From assembly GCA_963849325.1 (NCBI GenBank), contig CAWKHF010000007.1, positions 480,001 through 544,000 on the forward strand: a stretch of 64,000 bases of DNA, read 5' to 3'. This document shows, one piece after another, positions 1-11,927 of this stretch (position 1 is the first letter of the stretch; the number at the start of each line of letters is the position of its first letter). The stretch is from an uncultured Planctomycetota bacterium. GTDB taxonomy: Bacteria; Planctomycetota; Planctomycetia; Gemmatales; Gemmataceae. The translations under genes and the position numbers were made by a program. Under the pieces are notes generated by a model. That model did no database searches, was not told the DNA's origin, and saw only the letters and a program-made list of their open reading frames with translations.

Positions 1-1
1 C

Positions 2-178
2 ACGGCCGGAATACCGCAGGGTCCAGCGTCCATGGCCCCGCGAGCGATCGTGGAGCAGCACTTTCGCGTCCATGACACCCCGACGTGCGCGGATCCGCTG
101 CATCGTACGGTCGAGTTGCCCAAACCGATGACGCAACAAATGGCCGACCTGTTCAATCAATTGTTCGGGCGGAAGTGA
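2..178 (+). CDS. 3' end of an ORF entering the window, possibly a polymorphic-toxin-like C-terminal domain
   Basis: Frame 2 is open from the window edge (…VHDTPTCADPLHRTVELPKPMTQQMADLFNQLFGRK*); its TGA overlaps the next ATG (TGATG at 176-180). Confidence 0.4.
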   Translation, partial: TAGIPQGPASMAPRAIVEQHFRVHDTPTCADPLHRTVELPKPMTQQMADLFNQLFGRK

Positions 179-666
179 TGAACCCGCAATCAACTCCCTG
201 CCGGTCGTGGCGCGAGGGCGCGGACTATCCCTCTCCCGTCGAGAAAGTGCTGGCCTTGGAACACTATGACGGCCCGATGGAGGGGGTGTTGCAATGCGCC
301 GGTGGCGATGTTTATCGCTTTGACATGCTGGCCTGGGACGAGGAAACACAGGACGTGCGCATTTTCGGCCTCTCTCCCCTGTCGCGGTTGGCATGGGACC
401 ACCTGCTCGCGCTGTGTGCCGGCCACGATTCGCCACGCTGGCCCGTCTGGGCTTTTCGCTGGCAGGAACAACTGCGGCAAGCGATCGAAGAGGTCCTTCG
501 CCAGGCAGGTCCGATGCAATGGGTGGTTGCCACAACGGATTTGTTGGGAGAAATAGGGCGCGTCAAAGCGCTACGTCCCGAGGAACGGATGCAGGTCACG
601 AATTGGGGCGCTTTTTTGGGATTGGCTCCGGAATGGCCTGTCCGCGCCCCCCACGAAAAAGGTTAG
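178..666 (+). CDS. Hypothetical protein, possibly an immunity protein
   Basis: ATG coupled to the upstream stop; 162 aa, Trp- and acid-rich, with a YDGP motif. Confidence 0.55.
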   Translation: MNPQSTPCRSWREGADYPSPVEKVLALEHYDGPMEGVLQCAGGDVYRFDMLAWDEETQDVRIFGLSPLSRLAWDHLLALCAGHDSPRWPVWAFRWQEQLRQAIEEVLRQAGPMQWVVATTDLLGEIGRVKALRPEERMQVTNWGAFLGLAPEWPVRAPHEKG

Positions 667-681
667 ACCGAGAGATCTTCC

Positions 682-2302
682 ATGCCACGTGTTCTGGTTT
701 GCGATAAGTTGCCGGCGGCCGGCCTCGACATGCTGCGGCAGGCCGGCATCGAACTCGATGAACGGCAGAAGCTCAAGGGGACCGAGCTGCAACAGGCCCT
801 CCGCGCCGCCGACGGCGTCATCGTCCGCAGTGAGACACGCCTGACGGCGGCGGAGTTGGAGAATCCCGGCAACTCCGCGTCATCGTCCGCGCCGGCGTCG
901 GCGTGGACAACATCGACGTGGCGGCGGCGACGCGGCGAGGGCATCGTCGTCATGAACACGCCCGGCGGCAACACCGTCAGCACCGCCGAGCACACCATCA
1001 CGCTGCTGATGGTCCTGGCCCGTCACGCGGCCGCCGCCGACGCCAGTATGCATCAAGGCAAGTGGGAGCGCGGCAAGTTCGTCGGCACCCAGCTGGCCGG
1101 CAAGACTCTCGGCGTCGTCGGCCTGGGACGCATCGGCCGTGAGGTCGCCCGCCGCGCCGCCGGACTGGACATGAAGGTAGTCGGCTTCGACCCGTTCCTG
1201 GCGCCGGCCGGCGCCGCCCAGATGGGCATCGAGGCCGTCTCCGAGCTGGCCCAATTGCTGCCGCGCATCGATTTCCTCACCGTGCATACGCCGCTGACCG
1301 ACGAGACCCGCGACCTGATCGGCGCCCGCGAACTGGCGCTGTTGCCCAAGGGCGCTCGCGTCATCAACTGTGCCCGCGGCGGCATCATCAACGAGGAGGC
1401 GCTGGCCGAGGCGCTGCGTTCGGGCCACCTGGCCGGAGCCGCCCTCGACGTGTTCGTGCAGGAGCCGCCGCCGCCCGATCATCCGCTGCTCAAGCTGCCC
1501 AACGTCGTCCTGACGCCGCACCTCGGTGCCTCGACGGTGGAGGCGCAGCTATCCGTGGCCAAGGAAGCCGCCCAGCTACTCATCGACTACCTCATTCGCG
1601 GCGTGGTCGGCTTCGCGGTCAACATGGCCGCCGTGGACCAGACCGAGTTGGCCGAGCTGCGGCTGTACGTGGACATGGCCCGCCGTCTCGGTCTGCTGCA
1701 CGCCCAGATGAGCCAGGGAGCCATCCAGAAGGCGGTACTGCACTATCGCGGCGACGTGGCCCGCCGTCCCACGCGGCTCATCACCGCCGCCTTCGCCGCC
1801 GGCCTGCTCGAATCGCACCTCGATCAGAACGTCAACATCGTCAACGCTCCGCTGCTTGGCCGCCGAACGCGGCATCGAGATCGTCGAGCAGACCTCGTCG
1901 CAGCAGGGCGATTTCAGCACCCTCTTGCGCGTCGATGTGGTCACCGACAAGAAGACGTACACCGCGGCCGGCACGCTGTTCGGCAACCAATTCCTGCGGC
2001 TGGTGCAACTGGGGCCGTACCACCTCGACGCCTTCCTCGACGGCGTGATGCTGCTGTTCACGCACCGCGACGTGCCGGGGCTGATCGGCTTCATCGGCAC
2101 CATCTTCGGCAAGCACCAGGTCAACATCGCGCAGATGACAGTCGGTCGTCAGCATCCGGGCGGCGAAGCCATCGCCGTGCTCAACCTCGACAGCCTGCCG
2201 CCGGAGGAAGCCCTGAAGGAAGTCCGCGCCCATCCGCAGATCAGCAGCGTCAGCGTCGTCAAACTGCCGCCGGCCGGCCAGATGCCGCCCTGGTTTGGCT
2301 AA
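682..2302 (+). CDS. serA: D-3-phosphoglycerate dehydrogenase with C-terminal ACT domain (frameshifts near 875, 935, 1860)
   Basis: GLGRIG, INCARGG, ALDVF and TPHLGAST motifs; the ACT domain (HRDVPGLIG…NIAQM) lies in ORF 1856..2302. Confidence 0.93.
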
Positions 2303-2308
2303 AAACCA

Positions 2309-2448
2309 TTCACCACGGAAGACACGGAAAGAACGGAAAAAAGACAAAAGATCATTACCTGCCGATGGCGCATCTGCGCCGAAGTCGATGGCACGATAAT
2401 TGATCTCTTTTGTCTTATTTCCGTTCTTTCCGTGTCTTCCGTGGTGAA
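2309..2448. repeat. Palindromic element with a perfect 31-bp inverted repeat (CACCACGGAAGACACGG type)
   Basis: 2309-2339 is the reverse complement of 2418-2448. Confidence 0.9.
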
Positions 2449-2659
2449 CTCTTTGGGTTCCTTTCCGAGAGCAACAAGAGTCCCTTCTTTTTTCTTCCTG
2501 TCAAGAAGCGCGCTCTGGACAGCATAGTAAAAATAGGTAATATAGTTAAACTCGGTCTGGTCGAGGCCGAGCTTCCTCCCTGACAGGGCCGCCGGTTGCC
2601 ATCGACGCTCAACCAGCGATAGCAGGGCGGTGTCGTGAACACAGAGAGAGGAGCATCTA

Positions 2660-4933
2660 ATGGTGCAACTCCCGCAGCCCCGGCACGGGCCGGGGTCTCT
2701 TCCCTTCGCGTCCAGACCGGGCGACATCTGGCAAATGGCCTGGCGCTGGCGTCTTTTCCTGGCCCTGGGCCTGTTGGCCGGCCTGGGTCTGGGTGCGGTC
2801 GCCTTCACGCGGATACCTCCGGTTTATCAATCCGAGGCGCAGATCCTGGTGTGGCAGAAACGGCCCGACGCCATGACCTCGGTGGACTCGCGTCAGGGGA
2901 GCGTCGAGGATTCGTTGGCCACGCACCAGGAGCTGCTCAAAAGCTCCGCCATCATCGACCGCGCCCTCCGCGATCCCGCCCTGGCCGATTTGCGTTCGTT
3001 CCAGGGAGAACAGGAGGCGCCGATCGAGGTGGTTCGCAAACTGCTTGCCGTGACGCGCGGCAAGAGCCTCAGCGGCGGCAACAACGTCTTGCAGGTATCC
3101 TTCCGCGGCAAGGTCGCCCGGGAGTGCGCCGCCATCCTCGCCGCCGTCCTCGACAGCTACAAGACCTTCCTCGACCAGAAATACCAGACCTTCGCCGGCG
3201 ACACGTTCGAGCTGGTCCTGCGCAAGCGCGCCGACCTGGAGAAGGAACTGGCGAAGAAGGAGGCGAGCTACCGGGCATTCCTCGAAAAAAGTCCGCTGTT
3301 GATGAAAAAGCCGGACGGCTCGGACCTGCGGCGCGAGCGTCTCACCAGCATGCAGACGCGGCGCTCCGCCCTGCTGCTGCGCCGCGCCGAATTGCAGAGC
3401 CAGCTCGACAGCATCGAGGAGGCCCGGCGACAGGGCCGCGGCCGGGCGACGATCCTGGCCCTGATCGCCGAGTTCTCCCACAAGGGTGAGGACATCGAGC
3501 CGGCCCGGACGCCGGCGATGACGACTTCGGACCAACTGACGCCGTTGCTGTTGGAGGAGCAGAAATTGCTCGAACGCTACGGGGCCGGCCATCCGGAGGT
3601 GAAGTCGGTTCGGCAGCGCATCGCCATCGCTCGGGCGGTGCTGGTGCTGCCGGCCGCGGCCTGGGACGCAACGCCGGACGCGGCGGGAGGGCGCGGTCCC
3701 GTCCCGAACGACCCCGTGCAGTTGCACGTGCTGATCCTGCGGCAGAAGCTCCATTACGTCGTGGCGGCGGAAGAGCGGCTCAGCCAACTCTTCGAGACGG
3801 AGCACCACGAGGCCCGCCAGCAGGCGCGCTACGAAATCCAGGACGAGTCCTTCCGCACCGGCATTCTGCTGACGCGGCAATCCTACGAATCGCTCAACAA
3901 ACGCTTGCAGGACGTCAGCCTGGTCAAAGGAGTCGGGGGCTACGACATCGAAGTCATCACGCCGCCGTCCGAGGGCCGGAAAGTGGCCCCCAGCGCGACG
4001 TTGATCTTCCCGGCAGCCTTGCTGTTGGGCGGACTCACTGCCCTGGGTCTGGTCTATTTGCGCGAGAGGATCGGCGACCGTCTGCGCTGCCCCGAAGACG
4101 TCCGCGAGCAGTTCGCCCTGCCGATCGTCGGCTGCATCCCGCCTTTCACGGCGGAAGCGAAGGGGCGAACCCGTGTCGCTCGGCTCGCGGCACCTACCGG
4201 CCTCGATCCCCTGCTGTGTACCTATCACCATCCGCGCTCGGGCGAGGCGGAGGCGTATCGCAGCCTGCGCAACGCCCTGTTCTTCCAGGCGCGCGATCCG
4301 GCGCGCAAGGTCATTCAGGTCACCAGCCCCAGCGGCGGTGACGGCAAGAGCATTCTGGCCGCCAACCTGTGCGTGTGCATGGCGCAGGCGGGGAAGAAAG
4401 TTCTGCTGATTGACGCCGACTTGCGTGGCCCGCGCATCCATCAACTCTTCGGCCTCGGCACGGGCGGCGGGCTGGGGTCGGTCCTGGCCGGCGAGAGGGC
4501 GCTGAAAGAGTCCATCCAGGACAGCGGCATTCCCGGCCTGTCCGTCCTGTCCTCCGGTCCTCCGTCATCTCATCCGGGCGACCTTCTCACGGCGCCGCGC
4601 TTCAAGGAAATGCTGGACCAGCTGCGCGAGGAATACGACTTCATCCTCGTGGACAGCCCGGCCCTGCTGTCGGTCACGGATGCGGCGGCGGTAGCCGCAC
4701 GAGTGGACGGCGTGCTGTTGGTGGTGCGTCTCACGCGAAACACCCGGCCGGCGTTGGGGCATGCGCTGGAGGTGCTGGCGATGGTCGGGGCCAAGGTGCT
4801 CGGCGTCGTCGTCAACGGCACCACCCCGACCGTCCACCGCCTCCGGCGGGGGAAGATCAACGCGACAGCAGACGACGTCCACGCGGAAGGGCGGAATGGT
4901 TGGACCACGACAGGGGCCACGGAAAGGAGCTGA
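2660..4933 (+). CDS. Polysaccharide co-polymerase / BY-kinase (Wzc/GumC-like)
   Basis: Two TM segments around a coiled-coil region; EAYRSLR, Walker A SPSGGDGKS, LIDADLR, LVDSP. Confidence 0.9.
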   Translation: MVQLPQPRHGPGSLPFASRPGDIWQMAWRWRLFLALGLLAGLGLGAVAFTRIPPVYQSEAQILVWQKRPDAMTSVDSRQGSVEDSLATHQELLKSSAIIDRALRDPALADLRSFQGEQEAPIEVVRKLLAVTRGKSLSGGNNVLQVSFRGKVARECAAILAAVLDSYKTFLDQKYQTFAGDTFELVLRKRADLEKELAKKEASYRAFLEKSPLLMKKPDGSDLRRERLTSMQTRRSALLLRRAELQSQLDSIEEARRQGRGRATILALIAEFSHKGEDIEPARTPAMTTSDQLTPLLLEEQKLLERYGAGHPEVKSVRQRIAIARAVLVLPAAAWDATPDAAGGRGPVPNDPVQLHVLILRQKLHYVVAAEERLSQLFETEHHEARQQARYEIQDESFRTGILLTRQSYESLNKRLQDVSLVKGVGGYDIEVITPPSEGRKVAPSATLIFPAALLLGGLTALGLVYLRERIGDRLRCPEDVREQFALPIVGCIPPFTAEAKGRTRVARLAAPTGLDPLLCTYHHPRSGEAEAYRSLRNALFFQARDPARKVIQVTSPSGGDGKSILAANLCVCMAQAGKKVLLIDADLRGPRIHQLFGLGTGGGLGSVLAGERALKESIQDSGIPGLSVLSSGPPSSHPGDLLTAPRFKEMLDQLREEYDFILVDSPALLSVTDAAAVAARVDGVLLVVRLTRNTRPALGHALEVLAMVGAKVLGVVVNGTTPTVHRLRRGKINATADDVHAEGRNGWTTTGATERS

Positions 4934-4942
4934 GATTGCTTG

Positions 4943-5001
4943 CTCAAGCCGCTTGCGGCTTAGCGAGACATCGGCAAACGCTAAGCCGCAAGCGGCTTGA
5001 G
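4943..5001. repeat. REP-like hairpin (GCCGCTTGCGGCTTAGCG type); a single arm recurs at 30304-30321
   Basis: Perfect 23-bp inverted repeat. Confidence 0.85.
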
Positions 5002-5038
5002 TAAACGGCGTATCGCGGACGGAACAGGGTGGATATTC

Positions 5039-7010
5039 ATGCAGCTTCGTCATCGTCTGATCCGCACGGGCAAGGCGCTGCTGGACGGCAGCGTGCTGGC
5101 GGCCAGCTTCGTGCTGGCGTGCGTCATCCGCTTTGAAGGCGCCGTGCCGGACTACATCGTCCAGGGCTTGCTCTTCACGTTGCCTTTTGCCGTCGGCGTG
5201 CAGCTGGTCTGCCTGTCGGCCTTCGGGCTGCGCCGCCGGACCTGGCGGCACGTCAGCCTCTCCGACGCGCTGCGGGTCGTCGCCGCCCTGGCGCTGGCCG
5301 GCATCATCCTGGGCGCCTGGCGGGCGCTGGGCGGCTTTTACGATTGGGGGCCACCCTTGGAAGATGACAAAATCATTCCCTGGGGCGTGACGGCGTTCGA
5401 CCTGCTTCTGGGCTGCGTGGTCCTGATCGGACTGCGCGTCATTGGCCGCTTGCTCCACGAGCGCCGCGAACGTCGCCCGCCGCGCTCGGAGCGAACGCCT
5501 ACCTTGCTGATTGGGGCCGGCCGGGCCGGCGCGATGGTGGCCCGCGAGGTCGCGTCCTGCCCGGAAGTCGGCATCGCGCCGGTCGGCTTTCTCGACGACA
5601 ACACCGATCTGCTGGGCCTGTACGTCGGCGGCGTGCCGGTGCTCGGCACTCCGGCGCAGGTCGGAGAACTGGCGGCCCGGCACGGCGCCAAACAGGCGCT
5701 CATCACCATCGCCCACGGCTCGGCGCCGGCCCTCCGCCGCATCAGTCGTCTGTGCCAGGAGAGCGGCCTGCCCGTCCAGATCATCCCGTCGCTGCACGAG
5801 ATCGTGGGCGGGACGATCAACCTGTCGCGCATCCGCGATGTCGCCATCGAGGACTTGCTACGCCGCGAGCCGGTTCGCCTGGACGGCAACGACATCCGCG
5901 CGGCGCTGCGCGGCCGCCGCGTGCTGGTCACCGGCGCCGGCGGCAGCATCGGTTCGGAGCTATGCCGCAAGGTGTGCGGCTTCGGCGCCGCCAGCCTGGT
6001 CCTGGTCGAGCAGGCCGAGAACAGCCTGTTTCAAATTCACCGCGAACTGGTCCGCGGCGCTCGCGGCGTCCAGGTGGTCCCGTGCATCGCCGACATTTGC
6101 GACCAGACGCGCATGCGCCAGCTGTTCAGCTCCTTGCTGCCGGAGGTGGTGTTCCACGCGGCGGCGCACAAGCACGTTCCGCTGATGGAGAGCAACGCCA
6201 GCGAGGCCATCAAGAACAACGTGCTCGGCACGGCCGGACTGGCTCGCCTGGCCCACGCCCACGGCGTCGGTCAGTTCGTCCTGATCTCCACCGACAAGGC
6301 CGTCAAGCCGGCGTCGGTCATGGGCGCGTCCAAGCGCATCGCCGAGCTGTTCGTCCAGGCGTTCGCGGGTCACAGCCGCACGCGCTTCATCACCGTCCGT
6401 TTCGGCAACGTGCTCGGCTCCAACGGCAGCGTCGTGCCGCTGTTTCAGGAGCAGATCGCGCGCGGCGGGCCGGTGACGGTGACGCACCCCGAGATGCGCC
6501 GCTATTTCATGACCATCCCCGAAGCGTGCCAACTCGTGTTGCAGGCGGCGGTCATGGGCCGTGGCGGTGAAATCTTCATTCTCGACATGGGCGAGCCGGT
6601 GAAGATCGTGGACCTGGCCCGCGATCTGATTTGCCTGTCCGGCCTGATACCGGACGAGGACGTGCAAATTCGCTTCACGGGGCTGCGGCCGGGCGAGAAG
6701 CTGTATGAGGAGCTGTTCTCCAAGGACGAGGCGGTGCAGAAGACGGCTCATCCGCGCATCTTCGTCGGCCGGCAGCCGCCGCCGGACTGGCCGCTCATCA
6801 GCCGGCAGGTGGAGGAGCTAGGCGAACTGGCGGTCCTCGGGAAAGTCGATCTTCTCCACGACAAGCTCAAGGACATCCTTCCCGACTATCAGCCCCAGCT
6901 GCCGCCGCCCGACGCGGACAGGAGCTACCGTCTCGACACGGCGCACGAGGGAGCGATCGGACTCCCGGCCCTCGAACGGGGTCGTCTTTCCGCTGGCGCC
7001 GCCGGCCTGA
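5039..7010 (+). CDS. Membrane-bound UDP-sugar 4,6-dehydratase (CapD/PglF/WbpM family); end approximate
   Basis: TGAGGSIGSEL, HAAAHKHVP, STDKAV, RFGNVLGSNGSV, GLRPGEKLYEEL within ORF 4997..9331. Confidence 0.9.
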
Positions 7011-7087
7011 TGTTCGATCGCCCCAACGGTTACGAGGTCCACGGACGAATGTTGCCAACGCCCGCTACCGCCGAAGTCATCGAGCGA

Positions 7088-8410
7088 ATGCCGACGGAAA
7101 CGTCGGCCGACGGGACGGCCTCGTCTCGGCCTCGCCGCCTGACGCTGCGGCACAATTTTGCCTGGACGTTTCTCGGCAACGTGGTGTACAGCGGTTGTCA
7201 GTGGGGAATGCTCGTCGTGCTGGCCTGGCTCGGCAGCCCGGAAATGGTCGGCGCGTTCGCGCTGGGGCTGGCGGTGACCGCTCCCGTGTTCATGTTCACC
7301 AACCTCCAGCTGCGCAGCGTGCAGGCGACGGACGCGCGCGGCGACTTTCATTTCGGCGATTACCTGGGGACACGGTTGCTGATGACGTCCGGAGCGCTGG
7401 CAACGATTGCGGGCCTGGTCGGCCTGTCCGATTTCGGCCGGGAGTCGGCGGCGATCATCCTGGCGGTAGCAGGTGCCAAGGCGTGCGAATCGGTCAGCGA
7501 CGTTATCCACGGTCTTTTGCAGCAGCATGAGCGGATGGACCGCATCGCCGTATCGATGATGCTGCGCGGCGTCGTGTCGCTCGCCGCCCTGGCCACGGGA
7601 GTATGGCTGACCGGACGGCTGTTCTGGGGCGTCCTCGGGATGGTCTTGGCCTGGGCGCTGGTCCTTGCCGTCTACGACTGCCGTAGTGCGTACCTGTTCT
7701 TGTCGGAAGGGGCGAGAGAAGCGACTTCTTCTTCCCTCGCCCCTCGTTCCTCGTCCCTCGCTCCTCGCCTCGCCGTGCTGGGGCGAGTGATCTGGCTGGC
7801 CTTGCCGCTCGGCGTCGTCACCTGCTTGATCTCGCTCAACACCAACATTCCGCGCTACTTCATCGAGCATCAACTTGGTCTGCGAGCGCTGGGGATCTTC
7901 TCGGCGATTGGCTATCTGATGGTCGCCGGCAATACGGTCGTCGGCGCCCTGGGGCAATCGGCTTGCCCGCGCCTGGCGGTCCATTACGCGGCCGGCGAGC
8001 GGACGGCGTTTCGGCTGTTGCTGCTGAAGCTGGCCGGCATTGCTGCTTTGCTGGGAGGCGCCGGCGTTCTGATCGCGGTCCTGGCCGGGCCGACCGTCCT
8101 GCGCCTGGTCTACGGGCCGGAGTACGCCGCTTACAACGAACTGTTCGTCCTGGTGATGGCCGCGGCGGGACTGGGATACGTGGCTTCGTTCCTGGGCTAC
8201 GCCGTGACAGCGGCTCGTCACTTCGGCGTTCAGACGCCGGTGTTCGTGGCTGTCGGCCTAGTCACGGTCGCGGCCTCCGTGCTGCTCGTACCCCGCGCCG
8301 GTCTGCAAGGCGCCGGCTGGGCGGTCCTGGTGGCAATGGCCTGTCAGCTCACCCTCCTCGGAGCCGTCACCGTCGTCATCTCCGTGCGCATGCCAGGGAA
8401 GGAGGTCACG
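7088..8410 (+). CDS. Oligosaccharide flippase (Wzx-like); boundaries approximate
   Basis: Many TM helices; starts LRHNFAWTFLGNVVYSGCQW; located in an EPS locus. Confidence 0.8.
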
Positions 8411-9583
8411 ATGGGCAAGACCATCCGCGTCCTCCACGTCCTGGGAGCGTTGAACCGGGGCGGCGTCGAAAACTGGCTCTTGCACGTCCTGCGCAAGCTG
8501 GACCGCGACCGCTTCCGGCTCGACTTCTTGGTCCACACGACTTCCTCCGGCGTCTTCGACGAAGAGATCCGTGCGTTGGGCGGCGCGATCCTGCACTGCC
8601 CGCAGCCCTCGCGGGCGTGGTCGTATGCCCGGCGCTTTCGCCGACTGCTGCGCGAGCACGGGCCGTATGACGTGGTTCACAGCCATGTCCATCATTACAG
8701 CGGCTTCGTGCTGCGCCTGGCGCGGCGAGCGGGGGTGCCGGCACGAATCGCCCACAGTCACACAACATCGGGTGGAGGGTGGAGGGTGGAGGGTGGAGGG
8801 AGAAGAAATACTCTGCACCCGGCGGAGTTATTGCGACAAGGCTATCTTGCCCTCATGAGGTACTGGCTGACGCGCCACGCCACGGTCTGCCTGTCCGCCA
8901 GCCGGCAGGCTCACGAGGCGCTGTTCGGCCCAGCCAACGGCCACGATCAGGGACATCGTGTGCTGCCCTGCGGCATCGACCTGGAGCCGTTTCGAGTGAA
9001 AGTCGATGCGGCCGCCGTCCGGGCAGAGTTCGGTCTGCCGCCGGATGGTTTCGTCCTCGGCCACGTCGGCCGTTTCGCGGCGTGCAAAAACCATAACCTC
9101 CTCGTGGCGATCACCGCCGAGATCCTGCGGCGCATCCCGAACGTCTATTTGCTGCTGGTCGGCGACGGCGAATTGCGATCGGACGTTCGAGCGGGAGGCG
9201 ACCCGGGGAGGAATCCGCGATCGCGTCGTCTTCGCCGGCGCACGGGCCGACGTGCCGCGACTGTTGCAAGGGGCGATGGACGTGTTCGTTTTTCCGTCGA
9301 AATACGAGGGATTGGGGTTGGCGGCGGTTGAGGCCCAGGCCGCCGGCGTGCCGTGTGTACTCTCCGATGCCGTTCCCGCCGAAGCGTCGGTGGTTGCTCC
9401 GCTCGTGAGGCGCGTTCCCCTGTCGCAATCGCCCGGCGAGTGGGCCGATACGATCCTCGCCGTTCGCACGGACGCCCCGCAGTCAGCCGCGAGGAAGCGC
9501 GGGCCGTCCTGGAGAGGAGCCTGTTCAACATTCGGACCAACGTGCGCGAGTTGGAGGAACTGTACGCGACAGGTCCGGGATAG
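8411..9583 (+). CDS. GT4 family glycosyltransferase (frameshifts near 9185 and 9490)
   Basis: AGGAGG ribosome-binding site upstream; RVLHVLGALNRGGVE, GHVGRF…KNH, PSKYEGLGLAAVEAQAAG. Confidence 0.85.
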
Positions 9584-9589
9584 AGTCGG

Positions 9590-10562
9590 GTGACGCTCAT
9601 GATGTCGATGCGTTCGTTCGGCGGCCGGATCGTCCGGCAGGCGTACAAGGTAGGTTACCGTTTTTTCCCGCGTCTGCTCGAACCGGCAGCGCGCGGCCCG
9701 CTCGTGCTGCTGTATCACAGCGTCGAGGACGCCTGCGACGCCTGGACGAACAAGCTCGGCCACAACGTCACGCCGCGCCGCTTCGAGGACCACGTTCGCT
9801 ACCTGACCGCGAACTTCCGCGTCGTCCCGTTCTCGCGCATCTGCCGCCCCGACGCCGCGCCGGACGAGATCGCCATCACCTTCGACGACGGCTCCGCCAG
9901 CATCCGGACGGCGGTGCTGCCGATCATCGAGAAGTACCGCTGTCCCATCAAGGTTTACATCACCACTTGCAACCTGACGGACATCAACTGGCTCAACAAG
10001 CTCTCGTATCTGCTAAATGTGCTCGCCGTGGAAGACCGGAACACTCTCGCGGTCGCCGCCACGGATGCCCCGACACGTTCCGGGAAGGCGGTCGGCGTCC
10101 ATGATTTCGTACATCATTTCGACCCGGAGCGCACGGCAGGGGTGATCGATGAGTGCTTCCGCAAAGTCTGCCGGAGCGGCGCGCGGCGTCTGTATCTGAT
10201 GGAAGAGGAAGTTCGCCGCCTCGCCGCGCATCCGCTGGTCGAAATCGGTTCGCACAGCCGCAATCACTATCCCCTCCCTCGTCTCGGCGCGGCCCAGCTG
10301 CGCGATGAAGTGGTAGAGAATCACCGCGAGCTGAATGGCTTGTTCGAGAACACGGTGGAGGGCTTCGCCATCCCCTTCGGTTTTCGCACGCACTGCACGC
10401 CGGACGTCGTGCAGGTGGTCCAAGAGATCGAACTCGGTCCTTGTGTCGGCCTACGGCGGACGGCTGGATTTGCAGCCGTGCCACGGTCTGCCCGAGGTGA
10501 AGCGAGTTAGTATTGGGGGAAATTTGGGATCGCTGTGGTATCAGATGAGTCATCCGAACTAG
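9590..10562 (+). CDS. Polysaccharide deacetylase (CE4/NodB), frameshift near 10430
   Basis: LLYHSV, ITFDDG, EIGSHSRNH, FAIPFG motifs. Confidence 0.85.
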
Positions 10563-10574
10563 ATCATCGCGGAG

Positions 10575-11927
10575 TTGTGGGACTTCATGTACGCCGTCGA
10601 GCCGAACCAAGACGTTTCCCCCTCCAGCGCCCGCTGGCGCTTCTTCGCGCTGTGCCTCTTCCTGGGGTCGCAGGGCTTCACGCTACCCGTGCTTGCCATC
10701 GGGCCGTCCTGGGCCGTCTGGCCGACCTTGCCGGACTTCGCGTCCATCGTTCTGGGGCTGGTCTGCGTCCTCCCGGATCGTTCGATGCCGCCGGCGCAGC
10801 GGGCGCTCGGTGGCTGGTTCGCGCTGCTGTTCGCCGCTTGCCTGCTGTCGTTTCTTTACATGATCGTCCTGGCGCCTCCGGCCGGCGTGGAGCAGGCGGA
10901 TCGGGCGGTCGGACTGTTCGAGTTGTGCCGGCTGACGCAGTCCCTCGTCATCTTCCGGGCCGCAGCGCGCATTCCTCTGACGCCGCAGCGAACCCATATT
11001 CTCTACGCGCTGGTCACGGCCGTCCTGTGGCTCGTGTGCTTCGGCATCCTGGCCACGTTCTTTCACCTCGTCGAGCCGCACGCCTTGATCCAGCACTTGC
11101 CACAGGATCGGGATGTCCTTGGTGCGTGGTACGGCTACGCGGACGACGAACTGGCGCACGGTTGGGGAGCCGTGGGTTACAACCACGCTTACGGAGCGGC
11201 CCAGGTGCTTATCCTGCTCGCCCTGCAGATGCGTCTTCAGCCCGAACCTCGACCGGCGTTGATGACGATCTCGGTCGTCCTCGCCCTGGCGGCCAGTTTC
11301 CTCAGCGGCAGCCGGGCCGGCTTCGCCGCCGTCGCGGCCTTCATCGTCCTCACGCTCATGCAGCGGCCGGCCTTCGGTCTGCTGGTCCTCCTCGTCGTCC
11401 TGGCCATCGGCTCGCGGATCACTCCCGAGGAGCTGCCGGATGACGTTCGGCAAGTGGTCGAGAGCCAGCGGGCGCTCTCCGACCCGGCCGAGGAGGACAG
11501 CCTCAATGGTCGGACCCAAATCTGGGACAGACACCTGACGTTCCTACGCGCCAATCCGTGGTTGCTGCCGACCGGCGCCGGCTTCGGCTACACCGCCGCG
11601 ACCGGCGATGCGCACTGCCTGTATCTGCAAATCCTGGTCGAGATGGGCGTGCTCGGTTTGCTGCTGTGGGGCATCGTCGCGTTTCAGGTGCTCGCCGCGC
11701 TATATCGGCTGGAGCCGGGACCGCGACCGCTGTTCTGGGCGACGGTCGCATTTCTGTTCTCCGCCGTCACCCAGGAAACGTTTTATCCGGTGGCGGCGCT
11801 GGGCAATTTTCTCGGCCTGTACCTGTGCGGCCTGGCCGTGTCCCTGTCCGACACAAGGGTAGCTCGGACGGCCGATGCGATGACGTGCGCCGAAGGTTCT
11901 TACGAAACGGAGACGTTGGCCTCATGA
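10575..11927 (+). CDS. O-antigen ligase / Wzy polymerase family membrane protein
   Basis: Multi-TM; SGSRAG, GRTQIW, GAGFG…AHCLYLQILVEMG. Confidence 0.8.
   Translation: MWDFMYAVEPNQDVSPSSARWRFFALCLFLGSQGFTLPVLAIGPSWAVWPTLPDFASIVLGLVCVLPDRSMPPAQRALGGWFALLFAACLLSFLYMIVLAPPAGVEQADRAVGLFELCRLTQSLVIFRAAARIPLTPQRTHILYALVTAVLWLVCFGILATFFHLVEPHALIQHLPQDRDVLGAWYGYADDELAHGWGAVGYNHAYGAAQVLILLALQMRLQPEPRPALMTISVVLALAASFLSGSRAGFAAVAAFIVLTLMQRPAFGLLVLLVVLAIGSRITPEELPDDVRQVVESQRALSDPAEEDSLNGRTQIWDRHLTFLRANPWLLPTGAGFGYTAATGDAHCLYLQILVEMGVLGLLLWGIVAFQVLAALYRLEPGPRPLFWATVAFLFSAVTQETFYPVAALGNFLGLYLCGLAVSLSDTRVARTADAMTCAEGSYETETLAS

Noticed and set aside
4997-9331. 1444-aa dehydratase-flippase-glycosyltransferase mega-fusion
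   Set aside because: A strong AGGAGG site precedes ATG 8411 and the assembly has frequent indels, so read-through may be artefactual. Annotated as three genes; a real fusion is not excluded.
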